Below, one piece after another: positions 11,247 to 22,342 of a stretch of 64,000 nt of DNA (its first letter is position 1; each line of letters begins with the position of its first letter). The notes beneath the pieces are model-generated. The model did no database searches, was not told the origin of the DNA, and saw only the letters and a list, made by a program, of their open reading frames with translations. Source of the DNA: Gammaproteobacteria bacterium. Its GTDB lineage: Bacteria; Pseudomonadota; Gammaproteobacteria; JBCCGL01. The stretch covers positions 2,912,001 to 2,976,000 of the forward strand of contig OZ255836.1 of NCBI GenBank assembly GCA_965277715.1. Reading direction: 5' to 3'. The position numbers and the translations under genes are program-made.

Positions 11247-12610
11247 GATTGTTCCCCTAAACCTGCTTCTATTTTATTCAGCCGTTTTAAAGCCTCGCCA
11301 ATGCCTTCGACAATGGGCCGCACAGAGGCCCGCGCTACTGTGTCGAGGTCTTCGGCAAACCGTTGCACACGCGGCTTATCCAGATCGAAGTGCTCTGAGA
11401 GCAACGCCTGGGCCGCTTGTACTGCGCTGAGAAAATCAACCTGATCACGGCGTAGAGCGGCGATTTGTGCGCGTTGTAGGGCGAGCTGCAACGCGGCGCG
11501 TTTGCCCAGTATTTGGGTTTCGTCTAATGCGGGGTTTTCGAGGGGCAGTGAAGTGTCTGGTGCCGGTTTTATCACGACGTGCTGTTTGAGAAAAGCTTTG
11601 ATCGATTGTTTGATTTCATTGCCAATACCCGGATTGCCAGTATCCGTCTCGGCGGGCGTGTCGGTCTCTGTTTGGCTGGCTGGGGTTTGTTCGGTCTCGA
11701 CGGGACCCGCTTCGCCCTTTGTGTCTGCTTTTGCCGCTTGAGTGGTGTACAGCGCCAGGCTGTTGCCGCGCCGGGCGAGTTGAATCAGGGAGAGCACCAC
11801 GCCTTCAATGTCTGGCCGTGGGGCGCTGCGCAACTGCGCAATCTCTTCGGCCAGTGCTTCGCGCACCGGCAGCAGGCTGACATCCGCCAGAGAGTGTAGC
11901 TGCGCATCAGCGGCACTGCTGGCCGCCGCCGCCGAATCGAGGTCGGCAGCCAATAACAGTCGATGCTGTGCCATTTTCAGCAGGTAGCGGGTTTCGGCAA
12001 TCACCCAGGCGCGGTCGCTGCGCGAGCCGGTTTCCTGGAGCACTTGCACGGCATCCTGCAATTTATCGATGCGGATACCGGTACCCGCAGCGCGCTGTTT
12101 ACTTTGCTCCGTGATGGCATCCAGGTCTTGCTGCAATGCTTTGAGCTGTGGCCGTATATCCAGCTCGTCGATGCGGTTTTTTTGTTGGGTGGCCTGTTCA
12201 GTCGCCTTTATGTTTTGAGTATATACTTGATAATATAGGTATATACAACCAGCAATTGCTATCAATGCCAACAACAGGGCCAACAACGCCAGCGCAGTGG
12301 TAATACGGCCTTTGCGGGTTTTTTCCGCAGGTGTTTTGCCGGTGGTTGTTTTCCCTGTATCTGTTTCTCCCGTACCTGTTTTCCCTGTGGCCGCTTGCTC
12401 ATTGGCAGCGGGCGTCGAGGGTTTCGGTGGAGTGTCTGTAGTGGCCATTGGAGGCGTGGTTTGTGTTGCCAGGTTATCGTTATCGGTTGCTGGGGCAGTC
12501 GGTTCGGGCGCACTATCGGGCGCCATTGAATTTTCTGAGGCGACATTTTCCACAGAGGGTTTATCCGTGTCTGGATCAGGGCTTTCCGGTTGATGTGGTT
12601 TAATCTTCAT
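11243..12610 (-). CDS. hemX: HemX membrane protein
   Basis: TM helix plus coiled coil, WVIAETRYLLKMA; operon context. Confidence 0.85.
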   Translation of the reverse strand: MKIKPHQPESPDPDTDKPSVENVASENSMAPDSAPEPTAPATDNDNLATQTTPPMATTDTPPKPSTPAANEQAATGKTGTGETDTGKTTTGKTPAEKTRKGRITTALALLALLLALIAIAGCIYLYYQVYTQNIKATEQATQQKNRIDELDIRPQLKALQQDLDAITEQSKQRAAGTGIRIDKLQDAVQVLQETGSRSDRAWVIAETRYLLKMAQHRLLLAADLDSAAAASSAADAQLHSLADVSLLPVREALAEEIAQLRSAPRPDIEGVVLSLIQLARRGNSLALYTTQAAKADTKGEAGPVETEQTPASQTETDTPAETDTGNPGIGNEIKQSIKAFLKQHVVIKPAPDTSLPLENPALDETQILGKRAALQLALQRAQIAALRRDQVDFLSAVQAAQALLSEHFDLDKPRVQRFAEDLDTVARASVRPIVEGIGEALKRLNKIEAGLGEQS

Positions 12611-13458
12611 TTGCTTCCATCGGTGGATAAATGGGCCTGCTGGAATGGGCCTTGGGTATCGGCCCATTCCAGCAGGCTGTTGGCAAAGCCTGCCGGATCT
12701 GGTGATTGGCTCGGTATCGCGTGTTTAAACCCGTGAGCCTGAGCCAGCGCCGCCACGCGCAAGCCCGGCGTAAACAGTGGCAGTGCCCGCAGGGTGTCAG
12801 CCGCAGCGGCGGGCCAGCAGGCCAGCAGGTTTTGCAGCGTTTCACCACTGCCGACGGTAACCGCGTGCAAAGGCCGGGCCACGGCCAGGCGCAACTTCTC
12901 AGCACAGTCGGCAGGTTGGCAACGTCGGTACACCGCAACATAATCTACCTTTGCGCCACGTTCAACCAGCTTATCACGTAATAACTCCCGGCCACCCTGG
13001 CTATGCACCCCCTGGCCATGCACCCCCTGGCCATACCCCCCCTGGCCGCGCACAATGAGCAGGTGTTTCCCCTGTACGTGCGTAAGCGCATCGAGTGCCA
13101 GTAATGCCTCGCTGTGGTAGCCATGTGAGGGGGTGATAACCGTGTCGACGCCTGCACGCTGCAAAGCGCTGGCCGTACCGACACCAGGGGCAAACACGGT
13201 GTGCAGCGCCAGTGAGCGCAGTGGGGTTATCGCGTTGGCGTATTCCACTGCATTGCGGCTGATAAAGATAACCGCATCGTAGTCGGCGCTGTTCGATAGC
13301 GTGTTTCGCTGTTGTGCATTAGCGGGTACACCAACAATTTCCAGGGTCGGCACGCACACGGCAACCCCACCGTGTTGATGAACCAGCGTAGCGAGCGGTT
13401 GTACCTGATCATCGGGCCGGGTGATCAATATGTGCAGATTGGCAAGTCGGGCAGGCAT
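12607..13458 (-). CDS. hemD: Uroporphyrinogen-III synthase
   Basis: ILITRP, IFISRNAV, SEALL, VYRR. Confidence 0.92.
   Translation of the reverse strand: MPARLANLHILITRPDDQVQPLATLVHQHGGVAVCVPTLEIVGVPANAQQRNTLSNSADYDAVIFISRNAVEYANAITPLRSLALHTVFAPGVGTASALQRAGVDTVITPSHGYHSEALLALDALTHVQGKHLLIVRGQGGYGQGVHGQGVHSQGGRELLRDKLVERGAKVDYVAVYRRCQPADCAEKLRLAVARPLHAVTVGSGETLQNLLACWPAAAADTLRALPLFTPGLRVAALAQAHGFKHAIPSQSPDPAGFANSLLEWADTQGPFQQAHLSTDGSK
12995..13047. repeat. In-frame 15-bp tandem repeat inside hemD
   Basis: ccctgg at 12995, 13010, 13025, 13040; encodes GQGGY-GQGVH-GQGVH-SQGG. Confidence 0.9.
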
Positions 13459-13478
13459 AGGGTTTATTTGAGGCCGGT

Positions 13479-14429
13479 TTATGCAGGGCCAACGCCAGGA
13501 TTGAGCTGTATACCCAGCGCCTGTAATAACGGCCCGGCACCCTGATCGAGCAGTGATTGCGCGCCGCGTTCACCTATTTGACCCGCCTGGTTAAGTGGGC
13601 CGGTTTGGTCAGTGTATAGCACAGTACTGCCATCCGGGGCGGCCACCATGCCGCGCAGGCGCAGGGTATCGCCAGAGACTTCGGCAAACGCACCGATAGG
13701 CACCTGGCAACCGCCGTTAAGGCGTGCATTGAGCGCCCGCTCTGCACAGACCCGTTGGGCACTGATAGGGTCATGTAGCACGCGAATCAATGACAACACC
13801 GCTCCATCGTCACGGCGACATTCAATACCGAGCGCCCCCTGGCCGACGGCGGGCAGGCTGGTCTCTGCGGTGAGTGTCGCCGCTATGCGCGCCTGCATAT
13901 CGAGCCGGATCAATCCCGCGCAGGCGAGTACGATGGCATCAAAATCGCCGTTGTCGAGTTTTGCCAGGCGCGTATTGACACTGCCGCGCAGTGTGTGGAT
14001 GTGAAAGCCGGGGTGCCGCGCCAAAATTTGTGACTGGCGGCGCAGACTGCACGTGCCAATACGTGCATCGGCGGGCATTTCGTCAAAGCTGTTGTAACGG
14101 TTGGACACCAGCGCGTCGAAGGGGTCTTCACGCACCATAATAATGGCCAGCTGCAAATCCTCCGGTAGCTGTACGGGCACATCCTTCATGGAGTGCACCG
14201 CAATATCCGCACGCCCTTCGAGAATGCCCTGCTCCAACTCCTTGACGAACAAACCCTTGCCGCCAATTTTTGCCAGTGGGCTATCGAGCAGTTTATCGCC
14301 CTGGGTGGTCATGCTGACCAATTCGACCACCAGCCCGGGGTGGGCCGCTTGCAGTTGTTGTTTGACGTACTCCGCCTGCCACAGTGCCAGCGGGCTTTTG
14401 CGGGTTGCGATGCGCAAGGTGTTTTTCAT
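13479..14429 (-). CDS. hemC: Hydroxymethylbilane synthase
   Basis: [41 protein letters not shown]. Confidence 0.97.
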   Translation of the reverse strand: MKNTLRIATRKSPLALWQAEYVKQQLQAAHPGLVVELVSMTTQGDKLLDSPLAKIGGKGLFVKELEQGILEGRADIAVHSMKDVPVQLPEDLQLAIIMVREDPFDALVSNRYNSFDEMPADARIGTCSLRRQSQILARHPGFHIHTLRGSVNTRLAKLDNGDFDAIVLACAGLIRLDMQARIAATLTAETSLPAVGQGALGIECRRDDGAVLSLIRVLHDPISAQRVCAERALNARLNGGCQVPIGAFAEVSGDTLRLRGMVAAPDGSTVLYTDQTGPLNQAGQIGERGAQSLLDQGAGPLLQALGIQLNPGVGPA

Positions 14430-14489
14430 TTATTCAATTTGCCTGTGCAGTGTTTGTCATGGGGGATTATCCCGGGAAATACGTTTGAT

Positions 14490-15227
14490 TTATTGATGGG
14501 TTAACCGGCCTTTTAAGATTTTGCGCAACTCAGGCAGGTGGCGCCGACTGATTTCAAGCCGGGTGTCACAACCATCGATAATCAATCGTGATTTGCCGTC
14601 CGGGGTTCTTTCGGTGCCCTTGATATACGCCAGCGAGACCAGCGCATTGCGGTGGATACGGATAAATTGACCGGCAAACTCTTGCTCCAACAATTTCAGT
14701 GGCTCTTCAAGCAGTGACTCACCGTGCTTATGCACCAGCGTAACGTACTTGTGTTCCGCCCGAAAAAATAATACCTCATTGAGCGGGATAAGCGATACGC
14801 TATTGCCAAAGGCAGTACACAGATGTGTGCGCTGTGCCGTAAGGGCCGGTGGCGAATCTGATGGCAGCCGCTGGCGCTGGATGGCGTGTTGTAGCGTAGC
14901 GACGAGCTTTTCCGCCCGCACGGGCTTTAACAAATAGCCAATCACCCGCGCCTCGAATGCCGCTAGCGCGTGTTCGCTGTAAGCGGTGGTAAAGATGACC
15001 ACTGGCGGCGCCTTGAGGGTGCTCAAATGGTGTGCCGCCTCCAGCCCATCCATGCCGGGCATTTCCACATCCATCAACACCACATCCGGTTGCAACTGAT
15101 GGGTAAGCGTAACGGCCTGTTGGCCGTTGGCAGCTTCACCCACCGGCTCAAAACCATCGATATCACCCACCATACGCACCAGGCGTTCACGGGCCAGAGG
15201 TTCATCGTCTACGATTAATACACGCAT
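14490..15227 (-). CDS. algR: LytTR response regulator AlgR-like
   Basis: MRVLIVDDEPLARERL, LytTR motif RIHRNALV; argH-algZ-algR-hemC synteny. Confidence 0.88.
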   Translation of the reverse strand: MRVLIVDDEPLARERLVRMVGDIDGFEPVGEAANGQQAVTLTHQLQPDVVLMDVEMPGMDGLEAAHHLSTLKAPPVVIFTTAYSEHALAAFEARVIGYLLKPVRAEKLVATLQHAIQRQRLPSDSPPALTAQRTHLCTAFGNSVSLIPLNEVLFFRAEHKYVTLVHKHGESLLEEPLKLLEQEFAGQFIRIHRNALVSLAYIKGTERTPDGKSRLIIDGCDTRLEISRRHLPELRKILKGRLTHQ

Positions 15228-15243
15228 AAGGTTTTCCAGTCGT

Positions 15244-16323
15244 TTATCGATCGGGTTCTGATATTGGCAGGCGCAGCGTGACGTGATATTCGCCGCCACT
15301 GGCCCGGTGGGTCAAACGGGCTTTATCGCCAAAGGCGAGTGCCAGGCGCTGAACTATATTTTCATGCGCCATGTGGTTGCCACTGTAGTGTGCCTGTCGG
15401 TTCGCCACGCGCCCCGTTACGCCCGGTTCATTTACAGGGTTACGGATTTCAACGCAGTAGTGATTAACACCACAAGGCCTCACATCGATATAAACAGTAC
15501 CACCTTCCGGTATTTTTTCTATACCGTGGTAAATCGTATTTTCGACCAGCGGTTGAATAATCAATGGGGGCACTAACAACCTGGGCAATGGCGCCGTTGT
15601 CTGCCACTCGACCTTGAGCCGGTCACCGAGGCGCTGGTGCTCAATGCGTAAATAACTGCGGGCGAGCTGCAATTCATCTTCGAGTGTGTGACTGTCCTGC
15701 TGGGTATTGAGGCTGGCGCGAAACAGATCGGCCAGGTCTTCCACGGTGCGCTCTGCCTGCGCGGGGTCAATGCGCGTCAGGCTGGCAATAATATTCATGC
15801 TATTGAAGAGAAAGTGAGGGCGGATGCGCGCCTGTAAAGCATCAATGCGCGCCCGTGATTCTGCCTGCACAACCAACAGGCGTTGATGCTGAATATAAAA
15901 ATAGCGCAGGGCGATCAGTGACACGATCATACTAATAATAAGATTGCGCACACCGTACTCCCACAACCAACTGGCAGACCATTGGGGCGTAATCAGAAAA
16001 GTGGGGGAGAACCAGTACACCGCGCTGGTGTAAAACAGTGTCACCAGTTGCAGCAAAAAGAAGGCGACAACGCCGATAACCTCTGGGGAATATCTTTCAC
16101 CCATGCGGGTTAGCAGGCACAACAGTGCAATATCAGTGAGCACAATCCACACGATAAACAGCGAGAGCACCGCAAAGTCGCGCAGCAACATATCGAAACC
16201 GCCTTGTCTGCTCATAATCAGCACAATGGTGAGCATCTCGGCGATAACAATGGCCACCAATACACTCTCCCCTGAACAGAAATTGGGCAAAAAGGGCGCG
16301 GTGGTTTTCTGTTTGTGTTGCAT
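15244..16323 (-). CDS. algZ: LytS-type sensor kinase AlgZ/FimS-like
   Basis: LQARIRPHFLFNSMN; synteny. Confidence 0.85.
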   Translation of the reverse strand: MQHKQKTTAPFLPNFCSGESVLVAIVIAEMLTIVLIMSRQGGFDMLLRDFAVLSLFIVWIVLTDIALLCLLTRMGERYSPEVIGVVAFFLLQLVTLFYTSAVYWFSPTFLITPQWSASWLWEYGVRNLIISMIVSLIALRYFYIQHQRLLVVQAESRARIDALQARIRPHFLFNSMNIIASLTRIDPAQAERTVEDLADLFRASLNTQQDSHTLEDELQLARSYLRIEHQRLGDRLKVEWQTTAPLPRLLVPPLIIQPLVENTIYHGIEKIPEGGTVYIDVRPCGVNHYCVEIRNPVNEPGVTGRVANRQAHYSGNHMAHENIVQRLALAFGDKARLTHRASGGEYHVTLRLPISEPDR

Positions 16324-16334
16324 GGTTACATTTT

Positions 16335-16513
16335 AACCTAAATTCCGCAGTTGGATCGTAGCGAGGGCGTCTAAGGTGCTGAAGATGAAGTGTTTTTACC
16401 CGCATTTTAGCCATCCTGTAGTGATTCTACAGGTGAAGCTGAAATGCGGGTAAAAGCGCTTTAGATTCTGTGCATTAGGTGCTCGCAGTAGATTCAACTG
16501 CGGAATTTAGGTT
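16335..16513 (+). mobile_element. MITE-like element family A, full copy (~179 bp)
   Basis: Terminal inverted repeats aacctaaattccgcagtt...aactgcggaatttaggtt; central palindrome cctgtag-tgatt-ctacagg; related copies at 24612, 36261, 42413. Confidence 0.85.
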
Positions 16514-16597
16514 TAACCTAAATTAATTAGTTGAATCGTCAGTGCACGCCCTATTGCTATACTGCAGCACTTTGTAAACCAGCATTGGAATAGAGCG

Positions 16598-18049
16598 ATG
16601 AGTAGCGACCCGCAACAGGCCCACCCCAACCAGCAACATCCAGGGAAAGAAAGCGAAGGAAAAGAAAACAAACTGTGGGGTGGCCGCTTTAGCGAAAACA
16701 CCGATGCGTTTGTCGAGGCGTTTACTGCCTCGGTGACGTTTGACCAGCGCATGTACCGTGAAGACATCGCCGGTTCACGCGCTCACGCGAAAATGCTCAA
16801 AAAAGTCGGCGTACTGAGTGAGGATGACTGCACCGCCATCGTACAGGGGCTGGATGAAATAGCAGCAGAGATTGAGCGCGGCGAATTTGTCTGGTCGGTG
16901 GCGCGTGAAGATGTGCACATGAATATCGAAGCGCGCCTGACCGAAAAAATAGGTGATGCCGGTAAACGCCTACACACCGGGCGCTCCCGCAACGACCAGG
17001 TTGCCACCGACATCCGCCTCTACCTGCGCCGCGCACTGGGTGATATAAGCCAGCAACACAAGCGCCTGTTACACGGCCTGGTAGAGCTGGCCGGGAGTAA
17101 TACAGAGACCATATTGCCTGGCTTTACCCACCTGCAAACCGCCCAGCCACTCACCTTTGGCCATCACGTGATGGCATGGTTTGAAATGTTGCTGCGTGAC
17201 GCCGACCGGCTTAAAGACTGCGCCAACCGTATGAACATCATGCCCCTTGGCGCCGCCGCGCTGGCGGGCACCAGCTACCCACTGGACAGGCACTACAGCG
17301 CCGCATTGCTCGGCTTTAATGGCCCCGCCGAGAATTCGCTGGATGCCGTTAGCGACCGCGATTTTGCCATTGAATTCTGCGCCGCCGCCGCGTTATTAAT
17401 GACACACCTCTCACGCATTTCTGAAGAACTGGTGTTATGGTCATCGGCGCAATTTGATTTTATCGACCTGCCGGATCGATTTTGCACCGGCTCCTCAATC
17501 ATGCCGCAGAAAAAAAACCCCGACGTACCCGAACTCGTGCGCGGCAAAACCGGGCGCGTCAACGGCCACCTGATCGCCCTGTTAACACTGATGAAATCGC
17601 AACCACTGGCGTATAACAAAGACAACCAGGAAGACAAAGAACCGTTATTCGATACCGTCGATACACTGCTGGGTTGCCTGCGGGCCTTTGCCGACATGAT
17701 TCCCGCTATTCAGATCAAAGCGGACAACATGCGCACCGCTGCCCTGCGCGGCTTTGCCACAGCCACCGACCTGGCCGACTACCTGGTACGTAAAGGCATG
17801 CCGTTTCGCGATGCCCACGAAGTCGTTGGGCGCGCAGTGCGCCTCGGCGTTGAAAGTCAGCGGGACTTGAGTGAAATACACCTGGCGGAGTTACAACACT
17901 TTTCCACTCTAATCGAAGCGGATGTTTTTGACGTATTAACACTCGAAGGATCCGTCGCCAGTCGCAGCCATATTGGCGGCACCGCCCCCCAGCAAGTGCG
18001 CAGCGCCATTGCCCGTGCAGTTAAGCGTATTGATACAATTTTTGCGTGA
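16598..18049 (+). CDS. argH: Argininosuccinate lyase
   Basis: [27 protein letters not shown]. Confidence 0.97.
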   Translation: MSSDPQQAHPNQQHPGKESEGKENKLWGGRFSENTDAFVEAFTASVTFDQRMYREDIAGSRAHAKMLKKVGVLSEDDCTAIVQGLDEIAAEIERGEFVWSVAREDVHMNIEARLTEKIGDAGKRLHTGRSRNDQVATDIRLYLRRALGDISQQHKRLLHGLVELAGSNTETILPGFTHLQTAQPLTFGHHVMAWFEMLLRDADRLKDCANRMNIMPLGAAALAGTSYPLDRHYSAALLGFNGPAENSLDAVSDRDFAIEFCAAAALLMTHLSRISEELVLWSSAQFDFIDLPDRFCTGSSIMPQKKNPDVPELVRGKTGRVNGHLIALLTLMKSQPLAYNKDNQEDKEPLFDTVDTLLGCLRAFADMIPAIQIKADNMRTAALRGFATATDLADYLVRKGMPFRDAHEVVGRAVRLGVESQRDLSEIHLAELQHFSTLIEADVFDVLTLEGSVASRSHIGGTAPQQVRSAIARAVKRIDTIFA

Positions 18050-18055
18050 GCAAAC

Positions 18056-18160
18056 AAGCAATACATCAAAGCACACGCCCTGATGCAATATCAGCTAAAC
18101 ATTACATCGAGAGAGATACAAGGGATACAGGAGCTAGAGCAACGCAGGAGCAGTTGCCGA
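18056..18160 (+). repeat. Dispersed intergenic repeat family B, copy 1
   Basis: caagcaatacatca...tatcagc...gcaacgcaggagcagttgccg; similar to 46054-46158. Confidence 0.6.
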
Positions 18161-18204
18161 CACCTATCTTGATTAGCAAGGCATTCTCACCGCCTGTACC
18201 GCAC

Positions 18205-18720
18205 TCATTTGCAGCCATCAGGATACACACGGCCAACCAACACACCACACTCACGATAAAGATCCGCCCAATGGCTAATATCAACCCCCATCGTCAGCCA
18301 ACTACAAGGCGGCACCTGAGCAACATCTTCACCGGTTAAAAACACCACCAACCGACTAATTGCCGGGTTATGGCCAACAATAACAAGCTCGTCCAGGCTG
18401 TCATCCTGGCGTACCAGCCATTCCAGCAGCGCATGCCAGTCGAATGTGTATAACCCACTATCCGTTTCCCAGTTAAGCGAAAGCGTACCACTATGGTCAC
18501 TGATAATTTCAATAGTGGCTTGTGCACGCCGCGCCGGACTAACAAATATAGCGTTAAAACGATAACCACTGCTGGCTATCTTTGCCGCCATAAACTGGCA
18601 GGTGGCTTCTCCCTGCTGGCTCAATGGGCGCTCAATATCCGGCGTACCGGGCGCCCCCTCACTCGCATACGAGTGGCGAATCAAATGCAACGTTTTCTGT
18701 GTGCCCAATGTCACTGTCAC
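18205..18720 (-). CDS. SixA-like histidine phosphatase
   Basis: LIRHS, SPARRA, VGHNP. Confidence 0.88.
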   Translation of the reverse strand: MTVTLGTQKTLHLIRHSYASEGAPGTPDIERPLSQQGEATCQFMAAKIASSGYRFNAIFVSPARRAQATIEIISDHSGTLSLNWETDSGLYTFDWHALLEWLVRQDDSLDELVIVGHNPAISRLVVFLTGEDVAQVPPCSWLTMGVDISHWADLYRECGVLVGRVYPDGCK

Positions 18721-21143
18721 ACCCGCATTTTTGCCGAAGCAGGATCATAAACCGGCTCAGCCAGTACCCTCGCCGCACAGCGCTCACCCAGCAAACCAAT
18801 TTCCACTTCACAACCGGGCTCGGTGTACTCAGGTGGCACATAAATAAATGCCAGACTCTTACCGGTGTAGTGGCCATAACCACCCGACGTGGCCACACCA
18901 ATGCATCGACCGTCGACAAACACCGGCTCACCACCGACCACATCGTTGTCATTGGCGTTGACTTCGACATAGGCGAGCTTGATCGAGACACCGGCCTGCT
19001 GGCGCTTTGCGGTCGCCTCCCGACCAATAAAATCACCTTTATCCAAAGCCACAAAGCGTTGCATATCAGCCTCAATCAAGGTGATTTCGTTGGTTAGTTC
19101 CGCGTGCAGACCCCGGTAGGCTTTTTCCATGCGCATGCTATTGAGCGCGTAGGCGCCAAAATTGGCGATGCCATGCGCCTGTCCCGCCTGCCAAACGGCG
19201 TCGTACACCGTTTCGAGCTGTGCCATAGGTATATGCAGCTCCCAGCCCAGCTCACCGACGTAAGAGACGCGCAACGCCCGTACCGGCACCCCGGCGACGT
19301 TAATCTGCTGACCCGTCAACCATTTGAAGTGCGCGTTATCCAACGGCGCGTCACTCAGTTGCGCTAACACTTCACGCGATTTTGGTCCGCCGAGCACCAA
19401 CATACCGTAGTCATCGGTGATATTGGTGATGGTGACTGCTTCGTTATCGCGCTTACCCTGCGTCAACATATCCCAGTCTTTTTCCTCAGCACCGGCGCCC
19501 GACAATACGTAGAAATGATCGTCGGCCAATCGAGTAAGCGTCATTTCGCTTTCGATACAACCGTTTTGAGTGAGCATATGTGTCAGGCCGATACCGCCTG
19601 CCCGCTGGGGAATTTTATTTGCGGTGAGGCGGTTGAGCAATTGCTCCGCCTGCGGGCCGGTGACGTCGTACTTGGCAAAGCTGGATAAATCCATGATCCC
19701 CACGCGCTCGCGCACCGCCCGGCACTCTTCGGCGACGGCGTGAAACGCATTGCCACGGCGAAAACCGACATCCTCCGCCGCGCCGTCGAGCGAAAACCAC
19801 TTGGGTCGTTCCCAACCGTGTGCCTCGGTGTGCACCGCGCCCATCGTATTGAGCTTATCGAACAGCGGCGTTGTGCGGCGGTTGCGCGAGGCGGGCCGCT
19901 CGTGACCGGGCAAATGCAAAATGTACATATGCTCATAGGCCTGGAAGGCCTTGTCACGGGTGTAATTCTGATCGGCATACGCACCGAAGCGACGCGGGTC
20001 GAGGCCCGCCATATTGATCTCCGATTCGCCATCGACAATCCACTGCGCCAGGTATTTACCGCAGCCCGCACCCTGGGCGATACCAATCGCCGAACCACAG
20101 CACAGCCAGTAATTTCTCAGGCCATGCACCGGACCGAGCAGGGGATTGTCATCGGGGGTGTGGGGAATCGAGCCATTGACCGTGCGTTTCATCCCCAGCT
20201 CAGCCCAGATCGGCATCGCCTCCATGACACCTTCCAGCCACGGCATAATCGGATCGTACTCAGCCTCGAATAACTCATTAGTAGAAGCCCATTCCGGCAC
20301 GCCCCCGGAATTCGCCCAGGCCTCCCGCGAGCCAGCGGTTTCATAGATACCGATCAGACCGGATTTTTGCTCCTGGCGATAATAGGCAGAACAGCGCGGA
20401 TCACGAATAACGGGCATCTCGACATCGGTTTCCAGGAATTCAGGGCAGGTATCAGTAACAATATACTGGTGCTTCATGTTAGTAATGGGCAGGTAGAGAC
20501 CATTCCAGGCGGCGATACGCCCTGCGTAACTCCCCCCGGCGTTGACCACATGCTCACAGGTGTAATTGCCGTTTTCCGTTACCACCTGCCACTCGCCGCT
20601 GGCGGTTTGCTGGATATTGGTCACCTGGCAATTGCGCACAATTTCTGCACCCATATTGCGGGCGGCGATGGCCATGGCATTACACACTCCGGCGGGGTCG
20701 ACATGGCCATCTTCCGGCGTCCAGGCGCCGCCGACCACGCCATCGAGCTGCACATGTGGCAGGATTTGTGCAATTTTGGCGGTATCGATAATCTCCATCT
20801 TCGCCCCTGAATTATCGGCGATACCCGCCACCAGGCGAAAATAATCCAGCTCGTGTTGATTCGTAGCAAAGCGAATCGAACCGCAGCCGTGCCAACTGAC
20901 ATACTGGCCGGTCATCGCTTCAAGCTTGGGGTACAGGGTATTGCCGTAATGGTGAATCTTCGACATATTGTAATCGGCGATAAAACTGGGACACAGGCCC
21001 GCTGCGTGCCAGGTAGAACCGGAAGTCAGTTCATCTTTCTCCAGCAGAACAATATCCTTCCAGCCCGCTTCTGCAAGATGGTACAACAGGCCAACGCCCA
21101 TATTGCCACCACCGACGATAACAACCCTTTTCTGTGTATTCAC
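18717..21143 (-). CDS. Dimethylglycine/sarcosine dehydrogenase-like FAD oxidoreductase (DAO plus GcvT domains)
   Basis: GGGNMG, LTSGSTWHAAG, GWERP, SYVGELGWELH, MRMEKAY. Confidence 0.88.
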   Translation of the reverse strand: MNTQKRVVIVGGGNMGVGLLYHLAEAGWKDIVLLEKDELTSGSTWHAAGLCPSFIADYNMSKIHHYGNTLYPKLEAMTGQYVSWHGCGSIRFATNQHELDYFRLVAGIADNSGAKMEIIDTAKIAQILPHVQLDGVVGGAWTPEDGHVDPAGVCNAMAIAARNMGAEIVRNCQVTNIQQTASGEWQVVTENGNYTCEHVVNAGGSYAGRIAAWNGLYLPITNMKHQYIVTDTCPEFLETDVEMPVIRDPRCSAYYRQEQKSGLIGIYETAGSREAWANSGGVPEWASTNELFEAEYDPIMPWLEGVMEAMPIWAELGMKRTVNGSIPHTPDDNPLLGPVHGLRNYWLCCGSAIGIAQGAGCGKYLAQWIVDGESEINMAGLDPRRFGAYADQNYTRDKAFQAYEHMYILHLPGHERPASRNRRTTPLFDKLNTMGAVHTEAHGWERPKWFSLDGAAEDVGFRRGNAFHAVAEECRAVRERVGIMDLSSFAKYDVTGPQAEQLLNRLTANKIPQRAGGIGLTHMLTQNGCIESEMTLTRLADDHFYVLSGAGAEEKDWDMLTQGKRDNEAVTITNITDDYGMLVLGGPKSREVLAQLSDAPLDNAHFKWLTGQQINVAGVPVRALRVSYVGELGWELHIPMAQLETVYDAVWQAGQAHGIANFGAYALNSMRMEKAYRGLHAELTNEITLIEADMQRFVALDKGDFIGREATAKRQQAGVSIKLAYVEVNANDNDVVGGEPVFVDGRCIGVATSGGYGHYTGKSLAFIYVPPEYTEPGCEVEIGLLGERCAARVLAEPVYDPASAKMRV

Positions 21144-21272
21144 GATAACCCCTCATACGCTAGACTCTATAGATGGGCGGATAATACGCGTACCGAGAAC
21201 TGACACCAATACAGCGGCGCGCACCTGACTGGAAATGTCGCGATTATTTTAGGTTTAATGAAGGTTAAGAAC

Positions 21273-21632
21273 ATGAGCATCACCGACAATCTGGAAAACC
21301 TGTTAGCGGGTGGCCGCGACGATGCAATGCTGCGCTTTGGCCTGGGCAGCGCCTATTTCAACGATAAACAATTCCCTGCGGCCATACCGCATTTACAGGC
21401 GTGTATTGCCCACGATGCACACTACTCAGCCGCGTACAAACTCCTTGGCAAGGCACTGCTCAAAACGGGAGACAAAACAGGCGCCAAAGCCATATTTAAC
21501 CATGGCCTGCCTATCGCCATCGAAAAAGGCGACAAGCAAACCGAACGGGAAATTTTGGCGTTTTTAAAAAAACTCACTACCGTGCACCCTGCCAGCATAA
21601 AAAACACCTCGAAACCCACTTCACCCAGGTAA
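21273..21632 (+). CDS. Small TPR protein
   Basis: LRFGLG...YSAAYKLLGKAL TPR-like pattern. Confidence 0.8.
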   Translation: MSITDNLENLLAGGRDDAMLRFGLGSAYFNDKQFPAAIPHLQACIAHDAHYSAAYKLLGKALLKTGDKTGAKAIFNHGLPIAIEKGDKQTEREILAFLKKLTTVHPASIKNTSKPTSPR

Positions 21633-21741
21633 TTTGAGAACACCCTCTAATACTGACCTCATTAACCTTTGAACCGACACCAATACCCAAGTACTCTAAA
21701 CACCTAGCAACCCAATTCATTACCGACAGAGGCACTACCCA

Positions 21742-22188
21742 ATGCACCGACTCCCCACCACAAAACAACTAATAAGCAGTATTTTTGCACTCACACTGCT
21801 CATATTTAGCGCCCACACACTGGCCAAATACGAAGGCTCACCACTTGAACCCATCCAAAAAATGGTCAATGCGGGCAAATATGACCAGGCTATTGCCAAG
21901 CTGAAAAAACTACTCGCCAAGGATAGAAACGACGCCGATATACTCAGCCTGATGGGTTACAGCTACCGCAAACAGAAAGAGTACGGACTCGCCGTGCAAT
22001 ACTACAATCGCGCCCTGACTGTCGACCCGGAACACAAAGCAGCCAACGAATACCTCGGTCAACTATTCCTGGAAACTGGCCAGCTTGAAAAAGCCAAAGA
22101 GCGCCTGGCAATCCTGGATGAAGCCTGCTTTTTTGCTTGTGATGAGTACGAAACACTGGAAAAGGCGATCAACGAATACCAACAGTAA
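21742..22188 (+). CDS. Exported TPR protein
   Basis: Signal peptide; GYSYRK, ANEYLGQLFL TPR helices. Confidence 0.82.
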   Translation: MHRLPTTKQLISSIFALTLLIFSAHTLAKYEGSPLEPIQKMVNAGKYDQAIAKLKKLLAKDRNDADILSLMGYSYRKQKEYGLAVQYYNRALTVDPEHKAANEYLGQLFLETGQLEKAKERLAILDEACFFACDEYETLEKAINEYQQ

Positions 22189-22240
22189 CCTCAACCTCAT
22201 CGCCTGTTAACACCATCAGGGAAGGGATGTAATACACCTA

Positions 22241-22315
22241 GGAGCCTGTCGGGTTTAGGCACCTGTAGAGAGTGCCGGAAAATGTTGCGAGTGTGGCGCT
22301 TTTCCGGCACTCTCT
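22241..22315. repeat. Palindromic element (16-bp perfect stem), possible MITE remnant or terminator
   Basis: tagagagtgccggaaa (22266-22281) / tttccggcactctcta (22300-22315), preceded by ggagcctgtcgg. Confidence 0.55.
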
Positions 22316-22342
22316 AAGTGCATTTTGCCCTGGAACAAACTG

